Source: Phycisphaerae bacterium
GTDB lineage: Bacteria; Planctomycetota; Phycisphaerae; UBA1845
Assembly (NCBI GenBank): GCA_963666835.2
Contig: CAXXGO010000006.1
Coordinates: 2,272,001-2,336,000 of the forward strand
Direction: 5' to 3'
DNA length: 64,000 nucleotides
Position numbers and translations under genes: made by a program. The notes beneath the pieces were generated by a model that saw nothing but the letters and a program-made list of their open reading frames with translations, did no database searches and was not told the origin of the DNA. How positions within the stretch are numbered: the first letter of the stretch is position 1; the number at the start of each line of letters is the position of its first letter. Positions 38,501 through 47,590 of the stretch are shown piece by piece.

Positions 38501-40521
38501 CAGCCGACGCCGTCGTCACAGTTGACCGGCGTTCCGGACTGACAGTCCAGCGTGGCGTCGCACGTCTCCACCCCGTCGCAGTATAGCCCGTTGTCACAGT
38601 TGGCGTTGTTGGCGATGTTATCGCACGAGTCAGTAGCTTCATTGCACGAGTCATCGGTGCATCCGACGCCGTCATCACAGTCTACCGGCAACGTGGACCG
38701 ACAGCCCAAGATCGTGTGGCAGATCTCCGCTCCATCGCAGTACAACCCGTTGTCACAATTGGCGTTGTTGGCGATGTTGTCGCACGACTCGGTGGTCTCG
38801 TTGCACGAATCATCCGTGCACGCTACGCCGTCGTCACAATCGGGGGCCGTGCCGGCTATACAGACTCCGCCGGAACAGGTCTCGGCACCGTTGCACCACA
38901 GACCATCGTCACAGTCTTCCGGTCCGGTACAATCGACCGGCACGCAGGTGTCGTTGTTTTCGTCACAGTCTTCGGCCGGGCAAGGATCGCTTCCGGGCTG
39001 GCAGCCCAACGACAGGCTACACACCTCCGCGCCGTCGCAGAACAGTCCGTTGTCGCACAGAGAGTCGTTGGGGATGTTATCGCATTCGTCGGTGGTCTCG
39101 TTACACGAATCTGCAGTGCACGCTATGCCATCGTCGCAATCGACCGGTGTACCCGGCTGGCAGTCCAGCGTAGCGTCACATGTTTCCACGCCGTTGCAGT
39201 ACAAGCCGTCATCACAGTTGGAATCCACCGCCACGCTATCGCACGAGTCGGTGGCTTCGTTGCACGAATCGACCGTGCAGGCTACGCCGTCGTCGCAATC
39301 GGGGGCGGTGCCGGCCACGCAATCTCCGCCAATACACCGCTCAGCTCCGTTGCACCAAAGGCCGTCGTCGCACTCGGCGGAGCCGGTGCATCCTATGGGC
39401 ACGACGGCCGTGCAGGTTCCGGAATCCTCCGAGCAAACCTGTCCCGGGCACGGATTGCTGCCGGGCTGGCAGCCAAGCTCAGGATCGCACACTTCAACGC
39501 CATCGCAGAACAACCCATTATCGCAAACGCTGTGGTCGGGCACATGTTCGCAGGTGTTGTTCTCCTCGTCGCACGAATCCACGGTGCAATCGATGCCATC
39601 GTCGCAGGGTGACATCGAGGTTACGCAGTTTCCGTCAATGCACAGCGCCACTCCGGTGCAATGAAGACCGTCGTCACAGTCCTCGTCGGTCTCGCATGCA
39701 CCAGATTCCGCTATGCTGATCTCTTCGTCAATTGCAGTGAAGGACTCGGTCCGGTTGGTCCGCACATCGGAGAACCGCTTCTCGGATGGACTGAACTCAT
39801 GATCGATGTGCTGGACGCTGATCATGCCGTCCCAGCCGAAGGTGACGTAAACCTCGAAGGACCCATCGCTGTCCGTTACGTCCGTAGTGCCCCCCGCGCT
39901 TGCCGCGACGGTCACGTCGGCAATGCCGTTGCCGTCCGCGTCCGTGACCTTGCCGGTAATCCTCGGCCACACGGTGACCTGTTGTTCCAGGTCACCCGTC
40001 TGAGTGGTGGTGCAATCCACCGTAGCACCCGCCACGGCCAGCGAGAGCATGATCGTGTGGATCCCCGCCTTCGTAAAAACGTTGGTCCTCTCCCGGAAGG
40101 CTGCCATCTTTCCCGACTCCGAAACCCCGTCCACCGTCCAGGTGAGTACTGCATCAGCCGGCAGATCGTCAGCGATGCTAACGAACGTGCTGGTCACCCT
40201 CAAGGGCGGCGGACCATCGAATTCGTCCGCTGGTTCGGCGGCGCCCTCAAAGTGGACAGTGAACTCGCAGGCCGGGGCAGTCACTTCGGCCACGCCGATC
40301 AAGTCAGAGTCGCTGTTGATGTCGAGAGGATCTTCTACCTCGGAGATTATCGTTGAGCCAAGCGTCTCCCGCTCGCTGTCTCCGGGCAACTCGCTACCGG
40401 GTGTTGTTACGGTTCCTTCCCCGCAACCAGCGACGGTCAGGAGTAAGGCCCAACAAAGCGAAAGGACGGTATACGGATGACGATTCCGGGATACGCGGCG
40501 AGACCACAAGAAGAATGACAT
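35596..40521 (-). CDS. Large secreted lipoprotein: Ig/PKD-like and carboxypeptidase-regulatory-like domains, Cys-rich repeats, beta-sandwich domain, C-terminal right-handed beta-helix
   Basis: Lipobox VAGC; CDDGxxCTxDSC and CDxGLxCxGxExC repeats; Asn/Gly-rich parallel beta-helix; C-terminus FHLQSNSPAID..DNDGAPR..DAGAYE. Start ATG 40521 or 40539. Confidence 0.8.
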   Translation of the reverse strand: MSFFLWSRRVSRNRHPYTVLSLCWALLLTVAGCGEGTVTTPGSELPGDSERETLGSTIISEVEDPLDINSDSDLIGVAEVTAPACEFTVHFEGAAEPADEFDGPPPLRVTSTFVSIADDLPADAVLTWTVDGVSESGKMAAFRERTNVFTKAGIHTIMLSLAVAGATVDCTTTQTGDLEQQVTVWPRITGKVTDADGNGIADVTVAASAGGTTDVTDSDGSFEVYVTFGWDGMISVQHIDHEFSPSEKRFSDVRTNRTESFTAIDEEISIAESGACETDEDCDDGLHCTGVALCIDGNCVTSMSPCDDGIDCTVDSCDEENNTCEHVPDHSVCDNGLFCDGVEVCDPELGCQPGSNPCPGQVCSEDSGTCTAVVPIGCTGSAECDDGLWCNGAERCIGGDCVAGTAPDCDDGVACTVDSCNEATDSCDSVAVDSNCDDGLYCNGVETCDATLDCQPGTPVDCDDGIACTADSCNETTDECDNIPNDSLCDNGLFCDGAEVCSLSLGCQPGSDPCPAEDCDENNDTCVPVDCTGPEDCDDGLWCNGAETCSGGVCIAGTAPDCDDGVACTDDSCNETTESCDNIANNANCDNGLYCDGAEICHTILGCRSTLPVDCDDGVGCTDDSCNEATDSCDNIANNANCDNGLYCDGVETCDATLDCQSGTPVNCDDGVGCTDDSCNEATDSCDNVANDANCPDDGLYCNGTESCDAVNNCVSSGDPCQVDETCDEDADTCEPAGPVEDEWIAVGDTWRYFKGTTAPPANWADADFSDGAWLSGPTGIGYSSDISYATELDDMSDNYVSVFMRRAFTVADPSEHAALTLGAVYDDGFIAYINGQEVARSDNMVDPVDYDTLTTAGHDEEDPEEEFTITVTPGLLETGTNILAIELHNVDAGSSDAGILPRLESAGGEEPECTGAADCDDGDACTVDACVDTVCENTPVDCPTGQACNPANGECEATGEPSVTISGVITDDLGTVISSVQVVADNGGGSASTDGDGEYALSVSSGWSGTVTPTHAMFTFAPASVDYTDVTSAQTDQDFVGTATGAFVSGTITLVDTVGARPPIGQHGLIFTGTGSSAGEDYLALTDVDGTYVRGVPEGWTGTIEAEDPSRVFLTPETLSVSSVPGSGLSNQDFTAWTAPIGIPGPEFGIKEVAPPYNAANPLHYYVDNSHPSATDSGNPNGSPDTPRASLPSTTGLQAGTLIYIHGGTYGNGGYRSFNGNGTASNPIFITGNPLDPPRFGWKFSVSNNATYMVFENLDVDGTVNDYAGFEIIAPCEHIALRNSDLHHRMGSCVMIGSFGADLAAHIVIFNCTVHDNGDMASPNDDDHNAVGVAKGASNVSILDSELYNNSGDGVIVNAGNIGSMPTTHHIYAGRNHVYSCRQGGIYSKQAVDVIFSQNDVHDIVKTSWNPSIGLGFQYQPERVWFLHNTVYNCEYGIYAGSNSSGGFGQDAYIVGNVIHSIHHIGSYTPSTAWSQAGIMLAGGVNRYIVNNTIYDVDAGLNGPGGGQYSMANNLIANLTEPEGNHVFIEDPAGTTTWSLDNSLLYQGGDYASVRWRNNVYSLPQLQAIDRAAGCVDADPRFLDAQGLDFHLQSNSPAIDIGMAEYVYTEFLTRYGISIAVDNDGAPRTTGMATDAGAYE
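38330..39700 (-). repeat. Intragenic tandem Cys-rich repeats (about 53-aa composite unit, imperfect)
   Basis: Recurrent DNA blocks such as gcacgagtc..tgca..cgccgtcgtcacagttg encode CDDGVxCTxDSCNExTDSCDN. Confidence 0.85.
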
Positions 40522-41169
40522 ACGCCCCCCCTTCCCCATGCTGCCTAAACCCCCGAGGTTAACATCCCGGTTTAGCGTACGATTCGGGGAGGGTTAGGGG
40601 CAAAAAATAACGCATGAGCCCTTTCTCATGGTCTGAATAATGGACCCGGGACGTCGGCTCGTGCCGATAAGCGGCGACCATCTGCGGCTTCGGTTTCGCC
40701 CGGTGCTACGTCGCGCTGGGTTCTCGGATGTGCCACCGCATTTGAGCAAAGCGGGAACCGGACGCGGTGCGGATTGGACCCGTAGCTCCACGGGTCGTGA
40801 TGCGCAAGCCTGTTTGCCGGTGTTCAATCGAAGCGCCGATAACACGAAGAACGGGGTCGGGAGCTGTCTGGGCGTCGCTCACCGTGAGCAGTAGTAGTAG
40901 TGACACTTCGTGTCACCGCGCGGGTTATCGCGCTTGGTGCCGCGGGTGGTTTGGTTCTTAGCGGTGTGTCTTCCAGATCATCGCGACACTTATGGCCGTG
41001 CGGCATGGGCGGGCACAGGATGGGCTGGACGACGTGGCGCTTCTGCAATGCGGCAGGTGGTGCGGAAGGGACGCACAGCATCTCGCGAAGGCCCGGTCCG
41101 CTGGAGGTGGGCTACGCGGGGCAGCGAAGAGGGGAATCAGGGGGGCGTGTCTTTCAGCAGGCTGATCGA

Positions 41170-42492
41170 CTATATCAGCCACAGCGCTGTCAGCCAGAAG
41201 ATCAAAAGGCATGGGGGAAGAACGAGGCCGGTGTACGCCTGAGCGCGTGCGGCGCCGCGCAGGTGCTTCTGCCAAGCTTCGTGGAGCTTGTCCATTTCAT
41301 AGTCATCCCCGCATTCAGGGCAGAGGTGAACTTCCGGCAGGCCGCGGAGGTCGTAGCCGCAGCCGTAGCACACAGAGTAATCCGCGGCAAGGACTCTTCG
41401 CTTTAGCCGTATGTGACGCGAGTACGTCAGATAACCGTCGACAATGAACAGCGTCAAGAGCAGCCCGGTGGCCAGGGACGACCATGTTCCAGTCATGCCG
41501 GTTAACATCATCGCGAGAAACGCGAAAGCCGCCAGGCTGGTGACCCAGGATCCCCCCGGCTTTGCGAATCGAGGAAACTGCTCTCGGGCCAGCGCCGCTC
41601 TTTTCTTCTTCGTGGCAAAGAAGAAAACGATGAAGAGGGCACAAAACCCGAAAAGGACCCAGGTGATCCAGGGGGAGTCGTAGTGCACTCCAAACCAAGT
41701 GCTCTGGAGGAGGCCGCGAAAGCCGTCGAGAGGCGGGGGATCGTACGCTAGCCGGTCCGCGGGCACCGGCACGTTGATTTGTGGATTACGATTGGTGGTT
41801 GTGACCTCGTGGCCGAAGAGGCGGTTGACTTGCTCCGTGCGTCGAATGAGCAGACGTTCCTTCTCGACCCACAAGGTCATCTTCATGCCGGTAAAATCTG
41901 TGCCCTGCAGGCAATAACAGGGAACGCTGTCGATGGCCTCGTCCGGCCGCCGCGTGAGCGATCTGAAGTGTTTGCTCTTGGTGGTGGCGAAGGCCGACGG
42001 GAGTAGCAGGCGGATAACGATCGAAGAGGCGCCGCCTGTGCCGACGCTGACCATCCTGCCGGCCGCTGACAGGTCCGGGTGGGTCCGTTCTCCGACTTTG
42101 GCGCCGGCTACCTGGCCCCAACTGAGGATCTTCCGGCCGGCCGTCCAAACGATCTCCGGCCGGTAGTTGCAGTCGGGCAGGCCGTGCCGGTAATGGTATT
42201 GGCTCGGGCGAACGAACGCGGTCGAGAAGACAAGGTCGCTATCGGAACTGTAACCCGCGCTTCGGTGTACTTTCCTGATACTCCCCTCGTCCAAATACGA
42301 TTCCGCCGTCGAATACACCACGGCCATCTGTTCCATGATCTGCGCGGCCGTGAGCTCGTCCGCCTCGACCGCTTCTTTGGTCATGACGGTGTGATTACCT
42401 TGGACCGGGTGGGCAGGCTCTGGAGGTCCGAGCAGCGGCCGGCCCAACGTACAGAGAATGCAAACGACCTGTACCGCAGTCCAAGTCATCAT
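41170..42492 (-). CDS. Membrane protein: signal peptide, LolA-like/DUF2092-like periplasmic domain, TM helices, CxxC-CxxC zinc ribbon
   Basis: YSTAESYLDEG..FSTAFVRP..LWVEKERLLIRR domain, three TMs, CYGCGYDLRGLPEVHLCPECG, C-terminal TM. Confidence 0.65.
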   Translation of the reverse strand: MMTWTAVQVVCILCTLGRPLLGPPEPAHPVQGNHTVMTKEAVEADELTAAQIMEQMAVVYSTAESYLDEGSIRKVHRSAGYSSDSDLVFSTAFVRPSQYHYRHGLPDCNYRPEIVWTAGRKILSWGQVAGAKVGERTHPDLSAAGRMVSVGTGGASSIVIRLLLPSAFATTKSKHFRSLTRRPDEAIDSVPCYCLQGTDFTGMKMTLWVEKERLLIRRTEQVNRLFGHEVTTTNRNPQINVPVPADRLAYDPPPLDGFRGLLQSTWFGVHYDSPWITWVLFGFCALFIVFFFATKKKRAALAREQFPRFAKPGGSWVTSLAAFAFLAMMLTGMTGTWSSLATGLLLTLFIVDGYLTYSRHIRLKRRVLAADYSVCYGCGYDLRGLPEVHLCPECGDDYEMDKLHEAWQKHLRGAARAQAYTGLVLPPCLLIFWLTALWLI

Positions 42493-42847
42493 GTTGCTCT
42501 ACACGGCGTCGCCCGGACCCGCATCCGCCCCGGGCGCCCGAAAGTTGTTAATGTGGACGTGTCGGCCCCACTCCGTAGGCGGCCAGCATAGGGGTAAGCG
42601 TAGGGGATTCGGGCCGAGGTGTCAATGCAATTGCGATGGAGGCAGGCTCTCCGGCGTGGGGAGCGACTGAACGACGTTGTGGCCTGGGCGAACGAGCCTC
42701 CGAACCCGGGAGTGTAGTTTACGCTCGAGAGTCGCATGCCGTCAGCGGACAGACAACTCATCGATTTGACTGGGACCCTCGCCGCATGGTTGGTCAAGGC
42801 GGAGCGAAGGCGCCATCCCCCCGATGCCGGTGTGTCCCATGATCTTC

Positions 42848-42876
42848 GGGACATTGAGTCCTGGGCTCGCTATAAT
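42848..42876 (+). promoter_or_regulatory. Putative sigma70 promoter
   Basis: GGGACA-17 nt-TATAAT about 60 nt upstream of ATG 42938. Confidence 0.45.
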
Positions 42877-42937
42877 GGGATACGGTCGAGCCATCCAAAC
42901 CCGGGATGACAGGCACGTGTGGTCCGCCGAGACAGGT

Positions 42938-43525
42938 ATGGAGAACGCACAGGAACAACCTCATTGCCGCAATTGCGGATACGATTTGAGAGGAAGTCAC
43001 GACGGCAAGTGGTGCCCGGAATGTGCGTGGCCGATCGGGATGCCTCGCGTCTATGGTCGACAGCCCTTGTTGTTCGACACCTCACTATTGGTCGCGTTGT
43101 TGGCCTGCAGTGTAACGGCTATCCCCTTTCAGCTTTTCGTGTTTAGCATGGGTTATCATTGGAGGGCCTTGACGGGTCCCGAAGATCCCATGCATTCGAT
43201 GTTCTGGGCTTACCCGTGGAATGTGATTACGTGCGTTCAAGGTGTTGGTGCGATGGCGGCGATTGCGCTGGTCATCATCCTGTGCAGAAGACCCGCCCGA
43301 ATGCCCAGACTCGGGCTCGTGCTATCGACGCTTGGCGCCTGCTGTGCCTTGTTCGGTGCGATTGCGAGGTCTTACATGCAGGCACGACATCACCCGGCAG
43401 ACCCAGCGCTGGCATTTTTCTGCACGGCAGTATTCGTCCTGGTCAGATGTAAGTTCGCGGCGGAGTCTCGGAGGTCTAAAGGTCCTGGCGACGACCTCGT
43501 GAACGATTCACCGGACGATGTGTGA
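42938..43525 (+). CDS. Zinc-ribbon membrane protein
   Basis: CRNCGYDLRGSHDGKWCPEC followed by about four TM segments. ATG 42938 has AGG upstream. Confidence 0.65.
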   Translation: MENAQEQPHCRNCGYDLRGSHDGKWCPECAWPIGMPRVYGRQPLLFDTSLLVALLACSVTAIPFQLFVFSMGYHWRALTGPEDPMHSMFWAYPWNVITCVQGVGAMAAIALVIILCRRPARMPRLGLVLSTLGACCALFGAIARSYMQARHHPADPALAFFCTAVFVLVRCKFAAESRRSKGPGDDLVNDSPDDV

Positions 43526-43700
43526 CCGATGGTTCCGCAGGGACGTCGGATTCGATGTTCCGGGGCTGTTCCTGTGTCGTCGCCGGGCGGCGGGAAGGCT
43601 GGGCAAAGTGGCCATTCGTGGCGGGGCGAGCTGGCCGGTGGTGAATATGCGAGCGGTCTTACAGGGACTCGGTCTCGGTTTTGTCCGGGAGTGTGACTGA

Positions 43701-44522
43701 ATGGCTTGGTGGTGTCTCTGGTGTCTAACCAGCGTCCTGGGCGGTGCGCTTGTCAGCGGTGTTTCCTGGAGTACAGCGTGCTTGCGCTATGGCTATGCTC
43801 CGACATTTGACTTTGGCTTTCCCGCACTTGTTGGCGGGATGGTTGGAGGGCTGCTCTCGTTCGTTACGGGGGCTTGTCTTCGTGGATTCAGCCGGGTCTG
43901 GTGGGCGCAAGCCGCGGGCTTTGGTGCTGCGGGTGTACTCGCGGCTGCGGCCGCTCATTTCTTGCATATTCTTGCTACCGCACCGGTGGCGATCGCCGCG
44001 TATGTACTGCTCCTGGGCGTTGTGGCTCGGCGAGACGGGCGAGGGCTACGCGAGTACCAGTGCGCGTTCTGTGAGTGCGATCTGCGTGGAAGTGAATCGG
44101 GCTCTTGTCCGGGGTGCGGCGCGCCGACTTCGAAGGCCGGGCTTGGCGTGCCGCAAGGAGCTCGATGTCGAGAGTGCGGGTACTTGTTGGTGCTGCTTCC
44201 TGAAAGTCGCTGCCCCGAATGTTTCACGGAGTTCGACGCAGACGATCCCGAGACGTTTATTGTACCCGACGGCGGTAGAGTGGGTCTTGAACCATGGCTC
44301 TTGTTGTGCTTTTGCTTGTTGGTATCTGCCTTCTCGATTGCCGCCCGCGACGTGAGCAACCTCGCGTGGTTAGTGGGCTCGGTATTCCAGGGCGCCGTTG
44401 CCGTGTTGGCGGCCATTCGTCTGCGGCGCAGTTGTCCGAACGCAACGGTTTTGTATTGGCTCTCACTCGTAGTTGCTGTTGGAGCCGCTATGTTTGCGGT
44501 AATGTTTCCGCGCCTTTACTGA
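43701..44522 (+). CDS. Membrane protein with two tandem zinc ribbons
   Basis: Four N-terminal TMs, CAFCECDLRGSESGSCPGCG and CRECGYLLVLLPESRCPECF, three C-terminal TMs. Confidence 0.65.
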   Translation: MAWWCLWCLTSVLGGALVSGVSWSTACLRYGYAPTFDFGFPALVGGMVGGLLSFVTGACLRGFSRVWWAQAAGFGAAGVLAAAAAHFLHILATAPVAIAAYVLLLGVVARRDGRGLREYQCAFCECDLRGSESGSCPGCGAPTSKAGLGVPQGARCRECGYLLVLLPESRCPECFTEFDADDPETFIVPDGGRVGLEPWLLLCFCLLVSAFSIAARDVSNLAWLVGSVFQGAVAVLAAIRLRRSCPNATVLYWLSLVVAVGAAMFAVMFPRLY

Positions 44523-44576
44523 CGACAGTGAGTAGACGATTCAATATCCGCGATCCTTTCGACTCCGTCCGATGGA

Positions 44577-44676
44577 CGCGACCCCGGTTGGGGTCGAAGA
44601 GAACCAGGGTCTACGCGTCCCCAGGGTAGCCGCTTCGCGGCAACCCTGGGCTGTAGGGCGAAACGCCTTTGGCGTA
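44577..44676. repeat. REP-like palindromic unit (CCCAGGGTAGCCGCTTCGCGGCAACCCTGGG family)
   Basis: Three consecutive hairpins. The core 44620-44650 recurs as an exact reverse complement at 55745-55775. Confidence 0.85.
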
Positions 44677-44812
44677 CTCTCGCGAGCAGTGTGTATTCTC
44701 GTGACCGTCACTTGAGATGCCGAGAGGGGACCGCGCTGCCGATGCACAAAGGTCGGCGATTGACCATCTCGGGGGGGCAAGCGCTATCCTGGCCCGGAAG
44801 AAGCAGATGAGA

Positions 44813-45415
44813 TCAAAACCCCTTCTGGTAGATCATCATGCCGCGGCAGTCTTTGGTAAGGAAACGGAGGCAGTGTTGGTGGACGGCGGCGAACTCGCGG
44901 CCTACGAGGTTCACCCCCACGGCAATGCAGTTGGCGTTCTCGAAGTCGTCCAGCCAAAGGTAGCCGCCCGGGCGGAGGATGGCCTCAAAGATCAGCAGGT
45001 CCATTCGCGCCGTGTCCGTATCGTGCCCGCCGTCGACGATCGCTAAGTCGAGAGTGGCATCGTCGTTCGAGCTGATCGCTTGGGCGAGGGTTGGGGCGAG
45101 AGTCTGTTTCGTGTCTCCGAGGATCAGGTGGAACTGCGGATATTTCGCTTTGACGATCTCGGCGGCTTTGTGCGTGGCCTCGTGCTTGCCGATGTCGAAC
45201 GACAGCAAGGTCCCACCGCCGTAGGTCTCCATTGCGCGGAGGATGACACAGGCGCTGTGGCCGGCGTTGAATCCGGTCTCGGCCACAACCCGCGGCTGCG
45301 TCAGGCGGATGAAGGCGTAAAGAAACTCGGCCTGAGCCGGAGTGATGTAACCTTCCGGGGTCTCCGGGAGGCGGAGCATCAGGTCGTGCAATTCGGGATC
45401 GATGTCCGGTAGCAT
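44813..45415 (-). CDS. Class I SAM-dependent methyltransferase (Methyltransf_24-like)
   Basis: VAETGFNAGHSA, LLSFDI, LILGDT, DLAIVDGGH, LRPGGYLWLDDF. ATG 45415 has GGAG upstream; the longer ORF extension runs through repeats. Confidence 0.85.
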   Translation of the reverse strand: MLPDIDPELHDLMLRLPETPEGYITPAQAEFLYAFIRLTQPRVVAETGFNAGHSACVILRAMETYGGGTLLSFDIGKHEATHKAAEIVKAKYPQFHLILGDTKQTLAPTLAQAISSNDDATLDLAIVDGGHDTDTARMDLLIFEAILRPGGYLWLDDFENANCIAVGVNLVGREFAAVHQHCLRFLTKDCRGMMIYQKGF

Positions 45416-45559
45416 CGCGATGCACTCCGACGGCGAATAGAGCCAGCTTCCTCTAATCGATCGACCGGATTGTCCTTCGGGCTGGATCCTTTTCCTTGGG
45501 AAGGGGGTGGTTGCATCATTGGCGCTGGGCCGGTCTTGGTGGTGTTGACCGCTGACCGC

Positions 45560-45722
45560 GGCAGGTCTCGTTCCTCGACGCTGCCCTACAGGAATCCCGC
45601 TTCGAGCTGAAGCGGCCGAGCATCGGGGGCCGGCCTTGTTCGCGTAGCGCAGGCATCCTGCCTGCAGCGTGGCGGGCAACGTACAGAGTCACGGCAGGTC
45701 TCGTTCCTCGACGCTGCCCTAC
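45560..45722 (-). repeat. Two identical 30-bp GTAG-type REP copies (45560-45589, 45693-45722) with a different REP-like hairpin between them (45644-45665)
   Basis: GGCAGGTCTCGTTCCTCGACGCTGCCCTAC occurs twice; same family as the 54.8-56.2 kb repeats. GTAGCGCAGGCATCCTGCCTGC lies between the copies. Confidence 0.85.
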
Positions 45723-46023
45723 GGGAACCCCGCGTTTTCGGGCGGAAGTGGCCGGGAATCGGGGCTCAAGTTGCCGAAAGGCCGATCTCGACCCCTTGGG
45801 CTTGGCAGGGATGGGGATTCGTCGTTATTGTACGCATCGCCGTTGCGACGCGAGTGGACCTTGCACTATGCGGGTCCGGGCTCGGGCGCTCACACGCGGA
45901 GGCCCCAAAGGTGGGCCGGCGGTCGGGGCGGGCGGCTAAGGTGTTTACTCAACATGACGACTGCGGCCTTCGGACGCGGGTAATCGCTGAGGTCGGCGCA
46001 GTCCGGCCAGAAAGGACTGACTG

Positions 46024-47586
46024 ATGGAAGTTGTACTCAACGGGAACTCGCTATCGATTGAGAAGCTCTGCGCGGTGGCGCGGGACGGGGCGACGGTCTC
46101 GGTTGCGCCGGATGCCAAGGTCAAGATGCAGCGTTCGCGCGAGGTGATCGAGCGCGGTGTGGCGGAAGGAACGGCAATTTACGGCGTGACCACGGGGATC
46201 GGTGAGTTTGCCCGCATTCGAATCTCCGCCGAGCAGAGCGCCGAACTCCAGCGGAGGATCATCTATAGCCATTCGGCCGGGACGGGTGATCCGCAGCCGG
46301 AGGACGTGGTCCGCGCCGGTATGACCATTCGGGCCAACACGCTCTCAAAGGGATACTCGGGTGTCCGATTGTGCCTGCTCGATACGGTCTTGGAGATGAT
46401 CAACAAGGGCGTCGTACCTTTCATCAACGAGAAGGGCTCGGTGGGTACCAGCGGAGATCTGTCTCCGCTTTCGCAGTTTGCGGAAGTTGCCATCGGTGAA
46501 GGGCGGGCGTTCTATAAGGGTGAGCTCATGAGCGGGGCCGAGGCGATGAAGCGCGCCGGAGTCAAGCCCACGGACCTGACCTACAAAGAAGGGCTGGGGC
46601 TAATCAACGGTTCGCAGATCATGACGGCCGGTACGGCTCTGTTGGTGTATGACTCTGAGCGGATTCTGAAGAACGCCATGATTGCCAGCGCTATGACACT
46701 CGACGCCCTGCGCGCCGTGCCGCGGGCCTTCAATCGCCTGGTGCATCGCGTGCGGCCTTATCCGGGTCAGAATGCGGTGGCGGAGGCTCTGCCTCGGCTG
46801 TTCGCCGACAGTGAGATCATGGCCAACCAGAGCGGCAAGGTCCAGGACGGCTACAGTATGCGGTGTACGCCGCAGATTCTCGGCCCGTCTCTCGACACCG
46901 TGCAGCACGTTCGCAGGATCGTCAACATCGAGATGAATTCCGCCGCGGACAACCCGCTCTTCTTCGGGGATGAAGGCGAGTACTTCGCAGCCGGGAACTT
47001 CCATGGGCAGGGCGTGGGCATGGCGGCCGACTTCTTGTGCATTGCCATGTCGGAAGTGGCCAACCTCTCGGAACGCCACACGAACCGGCTGCTGAACCCG
47101 ACGCTATCCGGGCTGCCGGACTTCTTGGTCGAGGGGAAAGGGCTCAACTCCGGGTTGATGGTGGCACAGTACACCGCGGCCGCTCTCGTTTCGGAGAACA
47201 AGGTCCTGTCTCATCCTGCTTCGGTAGACTCAATCAGCGTTTCCGCGGACCAGGAGGACCACGTGAGTATGGGCCCGATAGCGGTCCGCAAAGGCACCGA
47301 GATCCTCAAGAACGTTCGCACGGTTCTGGCTATCGAGATGATGTCGGCCGCCCAGGCCTTCGAGTTCCACGAGGGACGCCGGCCGGGCAAGGCGACCGGG
47401 ATTGCGTACGACATAATCCGCAAGAGAGTGCCGAAACTCGTCGACGATCGTGTGTTGTATCCCGACATCGAGGCGATTCGACAAATGGTCGAGGACTGCT
47501 CGATCCTGGACGCGGTGGAGGCGGAGATCGGTCCGCTGAAGCTCGCCAGGGACATGGACCTTCCCCAGCCGGACGTGCCGGCGTAG
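46024..47586 (+). CDS. hutH: MIO-dependent aromatic amino acid lyase, most likely histidine ammonia-lyase
   Basis: YGVTTGIG, YSHSAG (HAL-type SH), GSVGTSGDL (MIO), KEGLGLING, VQDGYSMRC, DNP, GNFHG, DQEDHVSM. AAGGA ribosome binding site upstream. Confidence 0.85.
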   Translation: MEVVLNGNSLSIEKLCAVARDGATVSVAPDAKVKMQRSREVIERGVAEGTAIYGVTTGIGEFARIRISAEQSAELQRRIIYSHSAGTGDPQPEDVVRAGMTIRANTLSKGYSGVRLCLLDTVLEMINKGVVPFINEKGSVGTSGDLSPLSQFAEVAIGEGRAFYKGELMSGAEAMKRAGVKPTDLTYKEGLGLINGSQIMTAGTALLVYDSERILKNAMIASAMTLDALRAVPRAFNRLVHRVRPYPGQNAVAEALPRLFADSEIMANQSGKVQDGYSMRCTPQILGPSLDTVQHVRRIVNIEMNSAADNPLFFGDEGEYFAAGNFHGQGVGMAADFLCIAMSEVANLSERHTNRLLNPTLSGLPDFLVEGKGLNSGLMVAQYTAAALVSENKVLSHPASVDSISVSADQEDHVSMGPIAVRKGTEILKNVRTVLAIEMMSAAQAFEFHEGRRPGKATGIAYDIIRKRVPKLVDDRVLYPDIEAIRQMVEDCSILDAVEAEIGPLKLARDMDLPQPDVPA

Positions 47587-47590
47587 GGAT

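Noticed and set aside
38552..39664. Long plus-strand ORFs (370 aa, 298 aa) with repeated SHESV/PSSQ motifs
   Set aside because: They are antisense shadows of the Cys-rich repeats of the minus-strand lipoprotein.
46024..47586. Calling the MIO enzyme a phenylalanine/tyrosine aminomutase
   Set aside because: Apart from TSG, the specificity residues (SH, QEDHVSM) are histidine-ammonia-lyase type. Kept only as a hypothesis under findings.
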